Source of the DNA: Candidatus Nanosynbacter sp. BB002
Lineage (GTDB): Bacteria; Patescibacteriota; Saccharimonadia; Saccharimonadales; Saccharimonadaceae
Assembly: GCF_037013405.1 (NCBI RefSeq)
Contig: NZ_CP146064.1
Coordinates: 90,001 to 122,000, forward strand
Length of the DNA: 32,000 nucleotides
Direction: 5' to 3'
The position numbers and the translations under genes were made by a program. Under the pieces are notes generated by a model, which saw only the letters and a list, made by a program, of their open reading frames with translations, was not told the DNA's origin and searched no databases. Every line of letters begins with the position of its first letter. The first letter of the stretch is position 1. Positions 8,912-16,288 of this stretch are shown here, one piece after another.

Positions 8912-9872
8912 GTCAGAAAAGTCGAAAAAAGTACCGACGCGTATCACTAACGATACGGTCGCTGAACATCGTGAGAAGATTCTGGCGGGTGGTCGTAAGC
9001 ACAAGTACCCAATTCAATACACCAGGCACCGGTTGGTGTGGAACGCTATATTCATTGGACTTGGAACAGCAATCTTGATGACGGTGTTTGTGTGGGTTCA
9101 GCTTTACATTTGGCGTGACACAGGGGATGTCGCTTATCGCATCACGCGCACTGTACCACTGCCTGTGGCGTCCATCGAAGGTGCAACAGTTCGCTATAGT
9201 GACTATTTACGATACTACCGCAGTACATTAGCTTCCCTCGAGTCAGTCAATCGTCTGGGTGGTGATGATAAGGTGAAGTTTCAACGACAACAGTCCATGG
9301 ACTTAGTTGTAAAAATTACATACGCAAAGAAAATTGCTCAAGAAAAGGGAATTACAGTATCAGATTCTGAGATTGATGCAGCGTTGCAACGGCATAAGCG
9401 CGGACTTTCTGATGCTTCGTATGATGCTGCCGTTCGTAAGACATTGGGATTGTCTCTCGCTGAGATGAAAGAAAACCTTCGAGATAGCCTCATCACTAGT
9501 AAAGTATCCTTTGCTGTTGATGACAAGGCAACCAACCTGGTTTCTGCTATAGATGGAGCCATAAAATCAGGTAAAAGCTTGGCAGATATTGCGACAGAAC
9601 ATGGTCAATCAGTGCAATATGTTGCCGACATGTCAGTTGGCAAGGATAATGCTGACGGCATCACTGAACAGGCTCTGAAAATTGAACCAGGAACCACTTC
9701 AGAAGCCAAGCAGACGGTTTCTGGTGACGGCTACTACTTTATTCGTGTTGATGAGCGAACTGATAGTTCTGTGAAGTATAGCTATATTCACGTGCCACTA
9801 ACGGCATTTAAGGCTAAAGTTGATGCATTCAAGACTGAAAAGAAGGCTACCTACTACATTTCTCTTGATTGA
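8886..9872 (+). CDS. Membrane-anchored SurA-N/PpiD-like chaperone-domain protein
   Basis: Basic N-terminus, one TM helix, then a SurA N-terminal-like helical region (VASIEGATVRYSDYLRYY...). No parvulin motif recognised. ATG 8886 has the SD aaagga 7 nt upstream; the track start 8871 is the alternative. Confidence 0.55.
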   Translation: MIKKALKRKSEKSKKVPTRITNDTVAEHREKILAGGRKHKYPIQYTRHRLVWNAIFIGLGTAILMTVFVWVQLYIWRDTGDVAYRITRTVPLPVASIEGATVRYSDYLRYYRSTLASLESVNRLGGDDKVKFQRQQSMDLVVKITYAKKIAQEKGITVSDSEIDAALQRHKRGLSDASYDAAVRKTLGLSLAEMKENLRDSLITSKVSFAVDDKATNLVSAIDGAIKSGKSLADIATEHGQSVQYVADMSVGKDNADGITEQALKIEPGTTSEAKQTVSGDGYYFIRVDERTDSSVKYSYIHVPLTAFKAKVDAFKTEKKATYYISLD

Positions 9873-9896
9873 AAAATAATTCACATCTGATATAAT
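9869..9896 (+). promoter_or_regulatory. Promoter for tRNA-Thr (TTGAAA-16-TGaTATAAT)
   Basis: -35 TTGAAA at 9869-9874 (overlaps the stop of the upstream gene), 16-nt spacer containing TG at 9888-9889, TATAAT at 9891-9896. Confidence 0.6.
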
Positions 9897-9912
9897 TATG
9901 CGGAGGAGTCTT

Positions 9913-9988
9913 GCCGCTGTAGCTCAGTTGGTAGAGCGGCGCTTTCGTAAAGCGTAGGTCACCGGTTCGAATCCGGTCAGCGGCTCCA
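9913..9988 (+). tRNA. tRNA-Thr (anticodon CGT), CCA encoded
   Basis: Acceptor gccgctg/cagcggc, D arm gctc/gagc, anticodon stem gcgct/agcgt with loop ttCGTaa, T arm accgg-ttcgaat-ccggt, discriminator T (9985), then CCA. Confidence 0.9.
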
Positions 9989-9996
9989 TTAGTAGT

Positions 9997-10374
9997 ATGA
10001 AACAAGAAATAACGACGAGTATTAAGACTATTATGAGCGACCGCTGGTTGGCAGGTTTGATAATTTTTAACATCATTTTTGCCGTCATCGTCGTGATCGT
10101 TTTGGCGGCTCACATAAAACCGCGTGAAACACAGGTTATCACCCAATATAGTGCCTTTGGTATTACAAGTCTATATAGAGACTATTGGTACACACTGTGG
10201 TTTTATGCTTTGCTGGAAGTTGTTGCTATTCTGGGGCACAGTATTCTTGCAGTTAAACTAGTGAAGCTGGAGCGTCGTCATCTTGGCTTAGCTCTAGCCT
10301 GGGGAACTATTGGCTTTTCAGCCATCCTCTTATTGTTTGCATTACCAATATTACGAATTGCTTCATTTGGATAA
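9997..10374 (+). CDS. Small polytopic membrane protein, unknown function
   Basis: 125 aa with 3-4 hydrophobic helices. Starts 8 nt after the tRNA CCA and ends 5 nt before the GT2 gene. Confidence 0.5.
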   Translation: MKQEITTSIKTIMSDRWLAGLIIFNIIFAVIVVIVLAAHIKPRETQVITQYSAFGITSLYRDYWYTLWFYALLEVVAILGHSILAVKLVKLERRHLGLALAWGTIGFSAILLLFALPILRIASFG

Positions 10375-10379
10375 ATGAT

Positions 10380-12059
10380 ATGGATCTAGAAATACCTGTA
10401 GGCAAACGAAAACCATTCTACCGTTTTTTGGAGATGCTACCCGGAATGTTGAGCTATGGCGTCATCATTCTATTAATTTTGCTATCAATCTTTAATCCAT
10501 TGCTAGCTTCTGTGTATCTATTGGTCTTGATATCCATGGCTCTCATAAAGATTTTTGGTATCAGCTATCATATGTTGGTTGGTCGTACAAACATGGAGAA
10601 AGCCTGTCGGGTGGACTGGTCTCGAAGGTTGCATGACCTTGAAGATCCAGCGGCTGCTCATGCCCGATTACTCTCTACAAAAAGTGAGAAGTTTGAACAT
10701 ACTATCCATCTGAAAAACCTACAAAGTATCATTGATGAACCGTCGGAATATCCTAAGCCCTCACAAATTTATAATGCAATCATTATGCCGGCATACAATG
10801 AGAGCATCGAAATTATTGAGCCCGCAGTTCAGTCGCTGCTTGATACCACGTATGATCTGTCGCACCTCATCGTTGTGTTTGCCTATGAAGAGCGCGGAGG
10901 TGCTGAAATTAAAAAAACCGCCGAGACACTACAAAAGAAATATAACGATGCGTTCCATTCGTTCCATATCGTTGAGCATCCAAAGGGGATAGAGCACGAG
11001 GTGATAGGTAAGGGTGGTAATATCACGCATGCAGGGCGTTGGCTAAAAAGTTACCTGGGCGACCTTGGGATAGCTTTCTCCCAGGTGCTGGTTACCACGA
11101 TGGACTGTGATAACAAACCACACCCCACCTATTTTGATTACATCACCTATGAATACATTGTCTATAAAGATCGCAAGAACTTATCGTATCAGCCGATTGC
11201 ATTGTTTACTAATAACATATGGGATGTGCCAGCACCTATGCGCGTGATCGCAACGGGCAACTCATTTTGGAATATTGTTAGTTCAATGCGCCCATATGCT
11301 TTAAGGAATTTTGCATCACATGCGCAACCGATGGATGCGCTAGTGGAAATGGATTTTTGGAGCGTCAGGACAATCGTTGAGGACGGGCACCAATATTGGC
11401 GTAGTTATTTCCATTTCGATGGTAAATACGGGGTAGTGCCAATATATGCACCAATTTACCAAGATGCGGTTTTGTCCGAAACGTACAAAAAGACACTAAA
11501 GGCACAGTTTGTTCAACTTCGTCGTTGGGCATATGGCGCCTCTGACGTTGCATATGTAGGGTCTCGGGTGTTCAGTTCTAAGCGCCGAGCACCGTTCTGG
11601 CCAAGTCTGACGCGTTTTTTGAGGTTATTGGACGGTCATGTCACATTAGCGTACGTAGCGCTTGTAACGGCCTTTGGAGCGTGGTTACCGCTTCTATTAA
11701 ACCCAGAGGCAGTACGAAACATAGATGCTCACCAATTACCAGGTACGATTAGTTTATTGCAAACTATTGCGCTGCTTGGTATGGTAATCGCTATTTTTTC
11801 TTCATTTAAGATTTTACCTCCGCGCCCAGCACGCTATAAGAAGCGACGTACTTTCTTGATGTTGATACAGTGGATCTTGATGCCAGTTACGTCCATTCTG
11901 TATAGCTCCATGGCAGCGTATGCTGCTCAAACGAAGCTAATGACGGGACGATATCTAGATAAGTTTGATGTTACCGAGAAGCTAACCGTTGATATCAATG
12001 ATCGATTGAAGGCAGAACGTAACCGGTTGAAGGGCGACCAGGACGGCGCTTCGAAATAA
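10380..12059 (+). CDS. Membrane-embedded processive family-2 glycosyltransferase (synthase-like)
   Basis: AIIMPAYNESIE, TMDCDN and QLRRWAYG (QxxRW) motifs flanked by N- and C-terminal TM helices. Confidence 0.75.
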   Translation: MDLEIPVGKRKPFYRFLEMLPGMLSYGVIILLILLSIFNPLLASVYLLVLISMALIKIFGISYHMLVGRTNMEKACRVDWSRRLHDLEDPAAAHARLLSTKSEKFEHTIHLKNLQSIIDEPSEYPKPSQIYNAIIMPAYNESIEIIEPAVQSLLDTTYDLSHLIVVFAYEERGGAEIKKTAETLQKKYNDAFHSFHIVEHPKGIEHEVIGKGGNITHAGRWLKSYLGDLGIAFSQVLVTTMDCDNKPHPTYFDYITYEYIVYKDRKNLSYQPIALFTNNIWDVPAPMRVIATGNSFWNIVSSMRPYALRNFASHAQPMDALVEMDFWSVRTIVEDGHQYWRSYFHFDGKYGVVPIYAPIYQDAVLSETYKKTLKAQFVQLRRWAYGASDVAYVGSRVFSSKRRAPFWPSLTRFLRLLDGHVTLAYVALVTAFGAWLPLLLNPEAVRNIDAHQLPGTISLLQTIALLGMVIAIFSSFKILPPRPARYKKRRTFLMLIQWILMPVTSILYSSMAAYAAQTKLMTGRYLDKFDVTEKLTVDINDRLKAERNRLKGDQDGASK

Positions 12060-12459
12060 GCAATTTGTGCTGGGCGGCGTACTGTATGGCTGCCACAGGG
12101 TCGTATCTAGTGAGTACAGTGTGAACTTCTTTGGTGATACTATCTACTGGTATTGTTGCCATATTCTTAATGAGGAGATTTCTCTGAACAGTCTGTGCCA
12201 AGTGAAAGCTATCATATTTCGCTGAATGGTCATCGTGCTGAAGGCTCTTTGCGATGCTGAGCGTCAATCTACCGATATTGAATGGTTCCTCGGTTGTTTT
12301 TTTGACGACTGGTGTGTTATCAATTGAGGGATATTCATACGTAGTAAAAGTAGTGTGACAGTTGTCGCAAGATCTTCGCCGCCACAGCTGAGGGTACTTT
12401 TTATGCTTTCGTGAGTTTATCACACGAGTTTTGTTGTGAAAACAATTTATACATATCAT
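11995..12459 (-). CDS. nrdR: Transcriptional repressor NrdR
   Basis: N-terminal zinc ribbon CINC...CDNC with the VINSRKH motif, followed by an ATP-cone-length region. The 3' end overlaps the GT2 gene by 65 nt, convergently. Confidence 0.85.
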   Translation of the reverse strand: MICINCFHNKTRVINSRKHKKYPQLWRRRSCDNCHTTFTTYEYPSIDNTPVVKKTTEEPFNIGRLTLSIAKSLQHDDHSAKYDSFHLAQTVQRNLLIKNMATIPVDSITKEVHTVLTRYDPVAAIQYAAQHKLLISKRRPGRPSTGYVLPSIDH

Positions 12460-12465
12460 GTATAT

Positions 12466-12474
12466 ATATTGACA
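12466..12474 (-). promoter_or_regulatory. Extended -10 element (TGtCAATAT) placing +1 on the nrdR ATG
   Basis: Minus strand: TG at 12474-12473, CAATAT at 12471-12466, 6-nt spacer, ATG at 12459. No SD. Confidence 0.45.
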
Positions 12475-12519
12475 TAACGCTATTAAAAAATCTAGTGGAA
12501 AACCATAAGTGTGTAGTGG

Positions 12520-12554
12520 ATAAAGAAATATCCCCAGAGTTATTACTGGGGATA
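12520..12554 (-). terminator. Intrinsic terminator after the 49-codon ORF
   Basis: Perfect 9-bp stem (12529-12537 / 12546-12554) with an 8-nt loop. On the minus strand it is followed by TTTCTTTAT. Lies 23 nt past the ORF stop. Confidence 0.55.
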
Positions 12555-12576
12555 GGGGTGAAATGGTCTCTGATGG

Positions 12577-12726
12577 TTATTTTACTTTCTCGTTCATCCT
12601 GCAGTAGTTAGCACGAACTTCCTTGATCTGCTTGTCATATTCAAAATGGATAGTGATTTTGCTGAGAAGTGACGTGTCTTGTTTTTTTGATGACGCGATC
12701 ACGTTAGTAGTGGCACGATTACTCAT
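12577..12726 (-). CDS. Candidate small protein (49 aa), or the body of a roughly 200-nt sRNA
   Basis: Own translation: MSNRATTNVIASSKKQDTSLLSKITIHFEYDKQIKEVRANYCRMNEKVK. Bracketed by a strong promoter and a terminator. Absent from the ORF track, which lists no ORF shorter than 60 aa. No homolog recognised. Confidence 0.4.
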   Translation of the reverse strand: MSNRATTNVIASSKKQDTSLLSKITIHFEYDKQIKEVRANYCRMNEKVK

Positions 12727-12733
12727 ATCTTAC

Positions 12734-12762
12734 ATATTAGCATAAACGGTTTAAAAAGTCAA
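12734..12762 (-). promoter_or_regulatory. Strong sigma70 promoter (TTGACT-17-TGcTAATAT)
   Basis: Minus strand: -35 TTGACT at 12762-12757, 17-nt spacer with TG at 12742-12741, TAATAT at 12739-12734, then 7 nt to ATG 12726. Confidence 0.6.
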
Positions 12763-12839
12763 TAGAACAATTTCACAATCGATATATCATGGCGTGAATA
12801 TGTAAATAAATAAAAAAACACCCATAAAGGTGCTTAGCA

Positions 12840-12916
12840 TGGTGGGCGATATAGGATTCGAACCTATCACCTCAGCAACGTCAATGCTGCGCTCTAGCCA
12901 AATGAGCTAATCGCCC
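12840..12916 (-). tRNA. tRNA-Val (anticodon GAC), CCA encoded
   Basis: Reverse complement folds as gggcgat-ta-gctc-atttggcta-gagc-g-cagca-ttGACgt-tgctg-aggtg-atagg-ttcgaat-cctat-atcgccc-a-cca. Confidence 0.9.
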
Positions 12917-12926
12917 CCGCTTACTG

Positions 12927-12935
12927 ATAGTATCA
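12927..12935 (-). promoter_or_regulatory. Extended -10 element (TGaTACTAT) for tRNA-Val
   Basis: Minus strand: TG at 12935-12934, TACTAT at 12932-12927, 10 nt before the tRNA 5' end. Divergent from the thrS promoter. Confidence 0.45.
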
Positions 12936-13000
12936 GAAATGCTCCAATCCTACAAGATATAGTGATTGTAGAGTGTTTAGGGATAGCAAAATAGCTTTTA

Positions 13001-13029
13001 TTGAGAGAGTTGTCATTAGCTGGTATAAT
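13001..13029 (+). promoter_or_regulatory. thrS promoter (TTGAGA-17-TGgTATAAT)
   Basis: -35 at 13001-13006, exact 17-nt spacer with TG at 13021-13022, consensus TATAAT at 13024-13029. Predicted +1 is A13036. Confidence 0.7.
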
Positions 13030-13035
13030 AACCGC

Positions 13036-13167
13036 AAGGTAGTGATGAAGACTAACCATCTTCGGAACCTCATGGAAGCGGTTGCGACGCATGCGTTTTG
13101 AATGAACGATAACAGTCGGAGCAAGAGAATCGCCAAGGTGGAACCGCCAGTTTTTCTGGCCCGAGGC
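13036..13167 (+). promoter_or_regulatory. T-box leader (Thr-specific, apparently ultrashort Stem I)
   Basis: T-box core GGUGGAACCGC at 13137-13147 forms the canonical discriminator: GG/CC helix, 7-nt bulge UGGAACC, helix gccag(13146-50)/ctggc(13156-60). Upstream hairpin 13037-13070 has GA-rich internal loops and a 7-nt loop CUAACCA containing ACC (Thr) followed by A. Located in the 5' UTR of thrS. Confidence 0.6.
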
Positions 13168-13225
13168 ATATAAATATCTATTTATTATTTAAGCCAAATG
13201 TATCCAGGACATTAAAGGAGGTTCT

Positions 13226-15040
13226 ATGGGCGAAGATAAACTCTATGCAATGCGACACAGTCTAGCACACATCATGGCAACAGCCGTGCAGCAGTTATGG
13301 CCAGATGCTAAGTTTGGGGTTGGTCCGGTTGTTGAACACGGGTTTTATTATGATATTGATCTTGGCGAAACAAAGATTAGTGAGCAACAATTCAATAAAA
13401 TTGAAAAGGTAATGCGCCGAATTATTGCCGAGAAGCAGGACTTTGTTTGCACAAAATGTCCAATTGACGAAGCGATTCAATGGGCCAAGGATAATCATCA
13501 GCCATACAAAGAAGAGCTTCTTAACGACCTGAAACGTGCCGGAACGACAGTGGCAAAAGATCTGGATGCCGCAGAAATGGGCACAATTACCGAAGGCGAT
13601 AGTGCGCTTGATGAGGTCTCATTCTATACAAACGGATCGTTTAGGGACCTATGTCGCGGACCGCATGTTGCAAATACCAGTGAAGTTGGTGCGTTTAAAT
13701 TAATGCGGGTTGCAGGCGCTTACTGGCGCGGTAATGAAAAAAATCCTCAAATGCAGCGACTATACGGCGTGGCATTTGCTACGCAGGAAGAGCTGGATGA
13801 ATATTTGAAGAAATTAGAACTGGCCAAACAGCGTGATCACCGCAAGTTAGGCAAGGAGCTTGATTTGTACACCACCTCGCCGCTCGTGGGGGTTGGTTTG
13901 CCGTTATTTACGCCTCGTGGAACTATTCTGCGCGATATCGTGGCGCAGTATTCAAATCAATTACGCCAGAGATTTGGTTTTGAAAAAGTCTGGACGCCAC
14001 ATATCACCAAAAAGGATCTATATGAAACATCAGGCCATTGGGCCAAATTTGGTGAAGAGCTGTTTTTGGTTAAAAGTCAGGAAACTAGTGATGAAATGGC
14101 GCTAAAGCCGATGAATTGCCCACACCATACGCAAATTTTTGCTTCACAGCCGCGTAGTTACCGTGATATGCCGGTACGCTATTTGGAGACAACCACTGAC
14201 TATCGTGACGAAAAAACTGGTGAACTGGGTGGTTTGAATCGTGTGCGTTCGTTGACCCAGGATGACAGTCATGTCTTTTGTCGTCCAGACCAGATTGAGC
14301 AAGAGATCAATAATTTATTGTCTGCTGCACGAGAACTGTACGATACCATTGATATGAAGCTGCGAGTTCGACTGAGTTATCGTGATGATTCTGATGCATA
14401 TTTGGGCGAGCGTGAGCTATGGGCTTCTGCACAAAACCAGTTGAAATCAGCAGTTGAAAAAGTTGGTCTGGACTATTTTGAACAGGAAGGTGAGGCTGCT
14501 TTTTACGGACCAAAAATTGACTTCATGGCAACCGATGCTATCGGTCGTGAACACCAAGTTGCGACAGTACAATTAGACTTTGTGCAGCCGCAACGGTTTG
14601 GCTTGGAGTATACAGAGAGTGATGGTAATTTTACAACACCTGTGATGATTCACTGCGCATTGCTGGGTTCAATCGAACGATTCTTGAGCGTATTTATCGA
14701 GCACACAGGTGGTTGGTTTCCATTTTGGGCGGCACCAGAACAGGTGCGTATTTTGACGATCAATGACACTGTTATGGACTATGTTGATGAAATAACAACG
14801 ATTTTATCAGGGGTTACTTTGATGCAACCAGTAAAATATAATGAAGTCAGATTTACAACAGACATTCGAAATGAATCAATTGGCAAGAAGGTTCGTGAAG
14901 CAACTGTTGTAAAAATACCAATACAGATTATTGTTGGCCCAAGAGATAAAGCGGCACGTGCCGTTAGTGTGCGTACTCGTAAGGGCGAAGAACAAATTTC
15001 GATTGATCAATTGGCTAGCTATATCCAGAACATACAATAA
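13226..15040 (+). CDS. thrS: Threonyl-tRNA synthetase lacking the N-terminal TGS domain
   Basis: Editing-domain HSLAH motif at the N-terminus. Class II motifs (FRDLCRGPH, KPMNCPHH, RVRSLTQDDSHVF, HCALLGSIERF). C-terminal anticodon-binding domain. SD aaaggagg. Confidence 0.95.
   Translation: MGEDKLYAMRHSLAHIMATAVQQLWPDAKFGVGPVVEHGFYYDIDLGETKISEQQFNKIEKVMRRIIAEKQDFVCTKCPIDEAIQWAKDNHQPYKEELLNDLKRAGTTVAKDLDAAEMGTITEGDSALDEVSFYTNGSFRDLCRGPHVANTSEVGAFKLMRVAGAYWRGNEKNPQMQRLYGVAFATQEELDEYLKKLELAKQRDHRKLGKELDLYTTSPLVGVGLPLFTPRGTILRDIVAQYSNQLRQRFGFEKVWTPHITKKDLYETSGHWAKFGEELFLVKSQETSDEMALKPMNCPHHTQIFASQPRSYRDMPVRYLETTTDYRDEKTGELGGLNRVRSLTQDDSHVFCRPDQIEQEINNLLSAARELYDTIDMKLRVRLSYRDDSDAYLGERELWASAQNQLKSAVEKVGLDYFEQEGEAAFYGPKIDFMATDAIGREHQVATVQLDFVQPQRFGLEYTESDGNFTTPVMIHCALLGSIERFLSVFIEHTGGWFPFWAAPEQVRILTINDTVMDYVDEITTILSGVTLMQPVKYNEVRFTTDIRNESIGKKVREATVVKIPIQIIVGPRDKAARAVSVRTRKGEEQISIDQLASYIQNIQ
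15011..15038 (+). promoter_or_regulatory. Possible promoter for the ATL-miaA pair (TTGGCT-16-TACAAT)
   Basis: Hexamers at 15011-15016 and 15033-15038, inside the thrS 3' end. Confidence 0.35.
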
Positions 15041-15074
15041 CCAATGAAATAGCCAAGTAACTTGGAGTAATATA

Positions 15075-15398
15075 TTGAACAAACTATCAGCGATGAGCTT
15101 GCGCAATAAAGTTTATGAATTGATGGCGCAATTACCAAATGACAAAGTCACTACCTATGGAGACTTAGCCGCCATGGCTGGGCATCCATATGCAGCGCGT
15201 ATCGTTGGAGGTATCGCCCATAATGGGGTTTTGGATTTACCATGGCATCGCTTGGTTAATGCTAAGGGTGGATTAGCTGTCGGTTTTCCTGGTGGTCAAG
15301 GGGCACAAAAACAATTGCTTGAACAAGATGGGATTTTTTGTGATGCACGGTGGCGAATAATTGATTTTGAGGAGCGGCGATGGAAGCCAATAAGCTAG
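15075..15398 (+). CDS. Alkyltransferase-like protein (ATL; MGMT DNA-binding domain with Trp replacing the active-site Cys)
   Basis: VTTYGDLAAMAGHPYAARIVGG ... PWHRLVN: the PCHRV motif of O6-alkylguanine transferases reads PWHRL here. Size and sequence resemble E. coli YbaZ by memory. TTG start with GGAG 7 nt upstream. Confidence 0.8.
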   Translation: MNKLSAMSLRNKVYELMAQLPNDKVTTYGDLAAMAGHPYAARIVGGIAHNGVLDLPWHRLVNAKGGLAVGFPGGQGAQKQLLEQDGIFCDARWRIIDFEERRWKPIS

Positions 15399-16273
15399 AG
15401 CAAACAGCGCCTCTGATTGTTATTACCGGTCCGACGGCGAGCGGCAAAACGTCCCTGGCTATAAAATTAGCAAAAAAGTTTGGCGGCGAGATTATATGTG
15501 CAGACAGCAGGACAGTGTACCGCGACATGGACATAGGAACTGCCAAGCCAACCCCCATGGAGATGCAAGGCGTAGCTCATTGGGGGCTTGATTTAGTGGA
15601 ACCAGGGCAGCTTTTCTCGGCTGCTGATTTTAAGGAGTATGCAACAAAAAAGATTGCAGAAATTCGCGACCGTGGCAACATACCATTTCTGGTTGGGGGC
15701 ACCGGATTATATATAGATGGGGTTATTTTTAATTTTAGTTTTGCGAATAGGAGCGATGAAAGGTATCGTCAGAGGCTAGAATATATGAGCATAGAAGACC
15801 TACATAAGTATTGTGTTGATAACAACATGTCTTTGCCGGAGAATAAATATAATAAACGCTATGTCGTTCGGGCCATCGAACGAAGTGCTCAAACTGTAGT
15901 AAAAAATGCATCAATACAAGAGAATACTATTGTTGTAGGAATAGCAACAGAAAAAAATAAACTGGCTAACAGGGTTGCTCAAAGGGTTGAACAACTATTG
16001 ACCAATAATGTTGTAGATGAGGCAACATACTTGGGCAGTAAGTATGACTGGTGTAGTGAGGCGATGACGGGCAATGTCTATCCTATAATACGTCAATATA
16101 TATGTAGTAAAATTGACTACGCTGAAATGATACAGAGGATGGTTGTTAGTGATCGGCAATTAGCTAAACGCCAAATGACTTGGTTGAGACGCAACCCCTA
16201 TATTGTGTGGTGTGACCTATATTCAGCTGAACACTATTTATCACAGATACTGGCTCACCTAGGCAATCCGTGA
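15380..16273 (+). CDS. miaA: tRNA dimethylallyltransferase
   Basis: ITGPTASGKTSLAI P-loop, ICADSRTVYRDMDIGTAKPT, FLVGGTGLY. Overlaps the ATL gene by 19 nt. Confidence 0.9.
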   Translation: MEANKLEQTAPLIVITGPTASGKTSLAIKLAKKFGGEIICADSRTVYRDMDIGTAKPTPMEMQGVAHWGLDLVEPGQLFSAADFKEYATKKIAEIRDRGNIPFLVGGTGLYIDGVIFNFSFANRSDERYRQRLEYMSIEDLHKYCVDNNMSLPENKYNKRYVVRAIERSAQTVVKNASIQENTIVVGIATEKNKLANRVAQRVEQLLTNNVVDEATYLGSKYDWCSEAMTGNVYPIIRQYICSKIDYAEMIQRMVVSDRQLAKRQMTWLRRNPYIVWCDLYSAEHYLSQILAHLGNP

Positions 16274-16279
16274 TACAAT
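16271..16279 (+). promoter_or_regulatory. Extended -10 element (TGaTACAAT) 9 nt before the wHTH gene ATG
   Basis: The TG at 16271-16272 is part of the miaA TGA stop. TACAAT at 16274-16279, ATG at 16289, no SD. Confidence 0.45.
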
Positions 16280-16288
16280 TATTGTGCA

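Noticed and set aside
12460-12576. Search for NrdR boxes (palindromic acaCwAtATaTwGtgt-type operators) upstream of nrdR.
   Set aside because: Only a half-site-like cactagat was seen at 12491-12498 (minus strand). No full palindrome was found, and no nrd genes are in the window.
12907-13169. Minus-strand ORFs 12907..13092 and 12933..13169, and plus-strand ORF 12411..12611.
   Set aside because: The minus-strand ORFs overlap tRNA-Val, the divergent promoters and the T-box leader. The plus-strand ORF 12411..12611 overlaps the nrdR start/promoter and the minus-strand small-gene terminator. None has a start-site signal or protein-like composition.
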